A stretch of 64,000 nt of DNA from Spirochaetia bacterium (GTDB lineage: Bacteria; Spirochaetota; Spirochaetia; UBA9216): positions 2,432,001 to 2,496,000 of the forward strand of contig OY776510.1 of NCBI GenBank assembly GCA_963675665.1. Reading direction: 5' to 3'. Shown in pieces: positions 59,035-64,000 of this stretch; within the stretch, counting starts at the first letter, position 1; every line of letters begins with the position of its first letter. The notes below the pieces were generated by a model, which saw only the letters and a list, made by a program, of their open reading frames with translations, did not search any database and had not been told where the DNA came from. A program made the position numbers and the translations under genes.

Positions 59035-59793
59035 ATGAGTGATAATAACAGTAAAAAGGTAATTAAGCAGAAAACCGTAGTAGCACAGGTAATGGAGCAG
59101 ATCCGTGAGCTGATTGCCTCCGGTGAATATAATGTAGGTGATAAAATACCTACCGAGGGAGAGCTTGCCGAGATGTTCGGACTCGGCCGATCATCAATAC
59201 GTGAAGCCCTCAAGGTCTTTAATTATCTTGGAATTCTTGAGTCAAAGGCTGCTCTTGGCACTTTTGTATCAGATCGGACAAATGTGTCTTCTGAAGCCCT
59301 TTCCTGGGCGATTCTTCTGGGTAAAAACGAACTTTTTGAAATGGTTGAAATCAGGGGCGCACTTGAGACCTGGACGCTGCTGAAAATTTCCAGGGAAGCT
59401 GAAGATTTCCCTGAATTAGTGCAGAAACTTGCTGATGATCTGGAAGAAGAACTTGAAAATTTTAAAACATCAATTGCCCGCGGTTCGATTGAAGAGTTGA
59501 TAACCGCTGATTATAATTTTCACAGGATACTGATCAAATACTGCAATAACAGTCTTTTTACGACGATATATGACCTTCTTCGTGATTTCATGTTTGAAGA
59601 GATTAAAGCTACCTATGTTATTTTCGACAGCTATGAATTTGCAATAACCGAACACATGGCAATAGTTAACAGCATAAGAACCGGCGATACTGCAAAGATG
59701 CAGCATGCCATGAGAAAACACATCGGGGATATTACCGCCAGGCTCAGAACCTTCAGGGCGGAACAGGAAGCGGGTATTATCACAGAAAATTAA
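59035..59793 (+). CDS. GntR family regulator (FadR/FCD type)
   Basis: IPTEGELAEMFGLGRSSIREAL wHTH; DYNFH and EHMAI FCD motifs. Confidence 0.93.
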   Translation: MSDNNSKKVIKQKTVVAQVMEQIRELIASGEYNVGDKIPTEGELAEMFGLGRSSIREALKVFNYLGILESKAALGTFVSDRTNVSSEALSWAILLGKNELFEMVEIRGALETWTLLKISREAEDFPELVQKLADDLEEELENFKTSIARGSIEELITADYNFHRILIKYCNNSLFTTIYDLLRDFMFEEIKATYVIFDSYEFAITEHMAIVNSIRTGDTAKMQHAMRKHIGDITARLRTFRAEQEAGIITEN

Positions 59794-59826
59794 ACCTGAA
59801 TCTTTTTATTAAAATAAACCGGCTGA

Positions 59827-61215
59827 TTATTTGCAGTAGATTTTTTTATCGTTTTTTCCAAACTGATAATTAACCCATTTACCCCTTTGCGCGGGATAGT
59901 TGTAACCGGTATCCGTGTTTTTGGTTCTTGCCCCTGCGGTTTTCCATCCGGCCGGAGAGAGTTCCTCGAACAGCCATTTCTGGGCAGGTAAAAAGGAACT
60001 TTCGCTTTCGGCAAATACGGGGGCGTGTCCGTTAAGTTCAATCCAGCCTGCCGCCCGTTTTGTCCAGGCCCCGCTCTGCTTAAGGGTTTCGATATCGTTA
60101 ATTACACCACAGCGCCTGATCATGATGATTCTTTCAGCGGCCACGGGGCCTATGCCCGGGACATGCAGCAGGGTGTCAAAATCAGCCTTGTTGATCTCAA
60201 CCGGGAAAAAACCCGGATTCATTACGGCCCATGCCGTTTTGGGGTCGGTTTCAAGCGGAATGTCTCCCATACTGTTGAAAACCAGGTCAGGAAAGCGAAA
60301 CCCGTATGCCCGCATAAGAAAATCACATTGGTAAAGGCGGTGTTCCCTTAGCAGCGGAGAACCTTCAAACCCTTTCCCTGATATCTCGTCTTTTTTCTTT
60401 TGTATCGCCGATTTTGTCGCTTCAGAAGTTGACGGGCCATGCTGTTTCTGATATGCGGAAAAATAGGCTCTGAACATGAAATAATCACGGTAAAGCCTGT
60501 CTACGGATCTCATTATATCGAAATCCTTTTCACCGGCGGCTCCTATCACAAACTGGGTGGTCTGACTTGTCGTTTTTATTGCCGTGCCGGATAAACCGTT
60601 CTTCTTTGCCTGAAGCAGACCCGAAACACGGGAAACAGCAGGCAGTATGTCACGCTCCAGTTTTTTATCCGGTGCAATGGCCTCCAGATGTCTTTCGGTA
60701 GGGGCTTCAAGATTAATGGAAAGCCTGTTCGCCAAAGCCGCCGCGGTATCAATAAGGTGTTCTGAGCATCCCGGAATGATTTTTAAGTGGATGTAACCGT
60801 TAAAACGGTATGTGCGGCGAAGAATTACAGCAGTTTTAACCATATCTTCCATGGCCCGGGAAGGGGAACCGCATACGCCTGAAGAAAGAAAAATACCTTC
60901 TACCAGTCCGCTGTATACCATTTCCATAAACGAAGCAGCCAGTTCATCCGGACTCAGGCTGACTCTTTTTACATCATCATTATTTACGGCAAACCGGCAG
61001 TAGGTGCAGTTATTTTTGCAGCTGTTGCTTTGAAGGATTTTCAGAATATGGACTTTCCCCTGTCCGGGAACCGAAGCAGGGTAAATCCATTCATGGAGGG
61101 GGTTTTCGGGCTTGCGGGTTCTTCCCGGTTTCCCGGCTGCACCGCTTGAACAGGAAGCAAGGCAGACATCGTATCGTGCCGACTCGGCAAGCTCGGTTAC
61201 TTTATTACTTAACAT
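59827..61215 (-). CDS. Putative DNA modification/repair radical SAM protein with HhH (TIGR03916-like)
   Basis: ARYDVC, CKNNCTYC, GYIHLKIIPG, REHRLYQCDFLMRAYGF and VPGIGPVAA HhH motifs. Confidence 0.88.
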   Translation of the reverse strand: MLSNKVTELAESARYDVCLASCSSGAAGKPGRTRKPENPLHEWIYPASVPGQGKVHILKILQSNSCKNNCTYCRFAVNNDDVKRVSLSPDELAASFMEMVYSGLVEGIFLSSGVCGSPSRAMEDMVKTAVILRRTYRFNGYIHLKIIPGCSEHLIDTAAALANRLSINLEAPTERHLEAIAPDKKLERDILPAVSRVSGLLQAKKNGLSGTAIKTTSQTTQFVIGAAGEKDFDIMRSVDRLYRDYFMFRAYFSAYQKQHGPSTSEATKSAIQKKKDEISGKGFEGSPLLREHRLYQCDFLMRAYGFRFPDLVFNSMGDIPLETDPKTAWAVMNPGFFPVEINKADFDTLLHVPGIGPVAAERIIMIRRCGVINDIETLKQSGAWTKRAAGWIELNGHAPVFAESESSFLPAQKWLFEELSPAGWKTAGARTKNTDTGYNYPAQRGKWVNYQFGKNDKKIYCK

Positions 61216-61250
61216 TTGTATAGCATAACATCCGTTAAGTAATTTGGCAA
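61204..61250 (-). promoter_or_regulatory. Leaderless promoter with flanking inverted repeat
   Basis: TTGCCA-N17-TATGCT-N6-ATG; ATTACTTAAC (61204-61213) and GTTAAGTAAT (61234-61243) form a perfect inverted repeat. Confidence 0.55.
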
Positions 61251-61321
61251 GATTTATTTTTTCTTTCGCTCACACTATATTGAGTTTATAATAAAAACCA
61301 TAACGACAGACGGAGGACAAT

Positions 61322-63583
61322 TTGACGCAGGATATACTTGCAGGGATTGAGCAGATTCTTGACGAAGCGCATTTATCAAAACGATCACAGTTATATGAAT
61401 ATGAGGTTTACAAGGTTCTTGATCTGATGAAGATCAGGACTCCTGTTCACAGGGTTGTGTCCGACGAAGCCGGGGTAACAAGAGATCTTCTTTCAGGGTT
61501 CGGAAGCAGCCGTATAGTAATCAAGATTATCAGCCCCGAAATTGCGCATAAACAGAAAGCCGGCGGCGTTCAGATACTTTACAAAGATCTTGATTTTGTT
61601 AAATACAGCATCAGGAAGATGATTGACAGTTTTAAAAACCAGGATATTCCTGTTGAAGGTGTTCTGCTTGTGGATTTTATCGAATATTCTCCTGAACTCG
61701 GAAACGAAGTGCTGATAGGATTTCAGGAAAGCGGTGTTTTCGGGCCGGTGCTGTCTTTCAGTAAAGGCGGGTCCGACGCGGAACTGTTCGCAAAACATTT
61801 TTCCGCTCCGAACCTGCTGCTTCCGCCTGTTACACGCGAATGGGCCGGAGCATTGCTTGCGTCCACCGAGATACACAATAAGTATCTGCAGGAAGGAAAA
61901 GGCGATTATATCGACAAGATTCTTGAAATAAAGATAAAGCTCGGCGAACTGGCAATGGCTTTTTCTAATTTTTTCGACAGCTCTTCGACCTATGTTCTTA
62001 ATGAGTTTGAGATTAACCCTTTCGTGTTTAATCCGGACGGTAACCTGATAGCACTTGATGGTTATGCAGTTTTCGGGAGGAAAATGAAAAACGGGGTTCG
62101 AAGGCAGAAGCCTGATAAATCAACCCTCGCGTCGTTTTTCCATCCTGACGGAGTTGCGGTCATCGGCGTCAGCAGTACGGACAGCAGCAGCGCCGGAAGC
62201 GTTATTGCCTCGAATATTCTGAAGCTCGGCCGGAAGGATCTTTATTGTGTTAATCCGAAAGGCGGAAATGCACTGGTAGCAGGTGTTCAGACAAGGCTCT
62301 ATGAAAGCCTGGCGGATCTTCCGCAGCAATGCGAGCTGGTGATAGTAACGGTCCCGGCTGAAGCAAGTTTAAAGGTTGTAAAGGAAGCTGCCTCTTCAGG
62401 CTGCAGGGCGCTGCTTCTTATCCCCGGGGGATTCAGCGAGTCAGGCAGTAACGAGGGACTTGAAGAAGAAATCGGACGCATAGCTGCGGAAGCCGGGATC
62501 AGGGTGATGGGACCGAACTGCCTGGGGATTTTATACGCTTCCGACGGCGGCGGCGGCGGGCTTAATACATTCTTCATACCTGAAGCAAAGTTCAAGCTGG
62601 ATATGAACCGTGAACAGAATATTGCGCTGTTCAGCCAGAGCGGAGCGCTCGGGCTTGTTGAGCTTGCAAACTTAAAAAAATCCGTAAGCCCCAGAGTCGC
62701 TGTCAGTTACGGAAATCAGCTTGATGTAGATCCCGGCGATCTGGTTGAATATTTTCAGGATGAAGAAGGAATCAAGGCTATCGGTATTTATATTGAAGGA
62801 TTCAAACCCGGAGCAGGGCGACGTTTTTTTGAAATTACCAGGCGCAGCAGGATTCCGATTGTTGTTTACAAAGCTGGAAGGACCGCTGCCGGGCAGATGG
62901 CTACCCAGTCGCATACCGCAAGCATGGCTGGTGAGTACGCTGTTGCCCGTGCCGCCCTCAAGCAGGCCGGTCTTGTTGTTGCAGACACCATGGCCGATCA
63001 TCTCGGTTGTCTTAAAATCTTTGCCATGCTGCACGATAAAAAAATCAGCGGCAGGCGCACCGCAGTAATAACCAATGCCGGGTATGAGAAAGCAAATGCA
63101 GCGGATAACCTTAGAGAGCTGGAACTGGCAGAGCTTTCTGAAAAAACCACTGCAATGCTTGCCGGCGTACTTCCGTCGTTTGTAACTGTTGAACCGCTGC
63201 TCGATTTAACTCCCATGGCTGACGATGAAGTTTTTGCCCGATCCGTTGAGATTATGCTTGATGCGCCTGAAGTAGATGCAGTATGTATTTCGATTGTTCC
63301 GCATGCAGGAGCAATACATACTACCGATGATGAAATTGCCGGCTGCAGCAATAATCTCGGCGCGCTGCTTGCCCGCATAGCCGGAAAATCGGACAAACCG
63401 GCGGTTGTTTCGCTTACCGCCGTAAGCGGCGGTGACGACCTGTTCGGCAGGATGATCGGAGTTATGGATTCCGGGGGCCTGCCCACATACCTGAGCGCCG
63501 AACAGGCAATGTCGTATCTGAACGAGTTTATCCGTTACAGGATGATTCGGGAGCTGAATCTTCTGGATGAATGGATGAAATAA
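61322..63583 (+). CDS. Acyl-CoA synthetase (ADP-forming), fused beta(ATP-grasp)-alpha order
   Basis: N-terminal KIISPEIAHK...GGV, FGPV, EINP; then VAVIGVS, GPNCLG, SQSGALG and QSHTASMAG phospho-His. Confidence 0.88.
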   Translation: MTQDILAGIEQILDEAHLSKRSQLYEYEVYKVLDLMKIRTPVHRVVSDEAGVTRDLLSGFGSSRIVIKIISPEIAHKQKAGGVQILYKDLDFVKYSIRKMIDSFKNQDIPVEGVLLVDFIEYSPELGNEVLIGFQESGVFGPVLSFSKGGSDAELFAKHFSAPNLLLPPVTREWAGALLASTEIHNKYLQEGKGDYIDKILEIKIKLGELAMAFSNFFDSSSTYVLNEFEINPFVFNPDGNLIALDGYAVFGRKMKNGVRRQKPDKSTLASFFHPDGVAVIGVSSTDSSSAGSVIASNILKLGRKDLYCVNPKGGNALVAGVQTRLYESLADLPQQCELVIVTVPAEASLKVVKEAASSGCRALLLIPGGFSESGSNEGLEEEIGRIAAEAGIRVMGPNCLGILYASDGGGGGLNTFFIPEAKFKLDMNREQNIALFSQSGALGLVELANLKKSVSPRVAVSYGNQLDVDPGDLVEYFQDEEGIKAIGIYIEGFKPGAGRRFFEITRRSRIPIVVYKAGRTAAGQMATQSHTASMAGEYAVARAALKQAGLVVADTMADHLGCLKIFAMLHDKKISGRRTAVITNAGYEKANAADNLRELELAELSEKTTAMLAGVLPSFVTVEPLLDLTPMADDEVFARSVEIMLDAPEVDAVCISIVPHAGAIHTTDDEIAGCSNNLGALLARIAGKSDKPAVVSLTAVSGGDDLFGRMIGVMDSGGLPTYLSAEQAMSYLNEFIRYRMIRELNLLDEWMK

Positions 63584-63619
63584 AGCTGAATGTCAACATT
63601 GGTTTTAAAGGTAGATAAA

Positions 63620-64000
63620 ATGAAGAAGTTTTTCAGAATTGTTCTGATTTTTATTATTTTGATTATTCTTATTTTTGCCGCTCTTGTGCTTTCACTCCGG
63701 TTTGTAAGGAATGCAGATAAAACTGCTCAGATGGAACGTATTGAACTGTTGACGGAAACGCCTTTTCCGTCGATGAGTATTCCGGATACGCTGCTTGACG
63801 ATTCGCTCAGGCTAAACCAGATACGATGGCTGGCGACGCATAACAGTTATCACGGCAAGGCCAGTCTGCTGCAGCTTGTTCTGCTGGATCTGTTTCAGCC
63901 CGGCGAGGCTGATAAGCTGAAATATTCGCATTCCGGTTTTTACAGCCAGCTTGAGCTTGGGGTGCGAAGTTTTGAACTGGATCTGCGGCGTTATCGCAGC
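63620..64000 (+). CDS. Ca-dependent PI-PLC-like phosphodiesterase, 3'-partial
   Basis: Not in the ORF track. ATG 63620, N-terminal TM, then LRLNQIRWLATHNSYH...QLELGVRSFELD. Confidence 0.8.
   Translation, partial: MKKFFRIVLIFIILIILIFAALVLSLRFVRNADKTAQMERIELLTETPFPSMSIPDTLLDDSLRLNQIRWLATHNSYHGKASLLQLVLLDLFQPGEADKLKYSHSGFYSQLELGVRSFELDLRRYRS

Noticed and set aside
61207-61240. loxP-like look (gtatagcata core between inverted arms)
   Set aside because: Arms and spacing do not match lox/dif sites and no recombinase is nearby; explained by the promoter plus inverted repeat
1-64000. CRISPR array, integrase, transposase, prophage or rRNA
   Set aside because: No regularly spaced repeats or diagnostic motifs seen in the sequence or ORF translations

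Overview
A densely coding bacterial chromosomal segment, probably from an anaerobic spirochaete (inferred from spirochaete-style lipoproteins, a DUF4037-like protein, a UDPGP-family uridylyltransferase and tRNAs without encoded CCA). The left end holds an accessory catabolic cluster: GntR, PfkB kinase, double-SIS protein, BtpA/SgcQ, a BMP-type nucleoside ABC transporter, DeoC and an esterase. Next to it is a tRNA-Arg(TCT)/tRNA-Pro(TGG) locus with integration scars: a duplicated tRNA fragment, a tRNA-linked structured repeat and a 5'-truncated DUF4143 ATPase. The middle carries housekeeping genes (nth, rpmB, recQ-like, pfk, trxA, leuCD), many signalling proteins (two diguanylate cyclases, two orphan kinases, an MCP with a C-terminal solute-binding domain, a cNMP-STAS tandem protein), a polar amino-acid ABC system and a Dpp ABC system. 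The right end holds an aromatic-acid module (aminotransferase, IorAB, PaaK, ADP-forming acyl-CoA synthetase) and a radical SAM DNA-repair protein. Main observations: (1) a P3-less Moco/tungsten-cofactor riboswitch-like RNA that sequesters the RBS of an NAD(P)-dependent aldehyde dehydrogenase; (2) an uncharacterised nucleoside/sugar-conjugate catabolic pathway; (3) a lipoprotein frameshifted at a T7 tract; (4) an unannotated 46-aa symporter-accessory-like membrane peptide; (5) several apparently leaderless genes. No CRISPR array, integrase, transposase or rRNA was seen. All family calls come from motif recognition by eye, not database searches.
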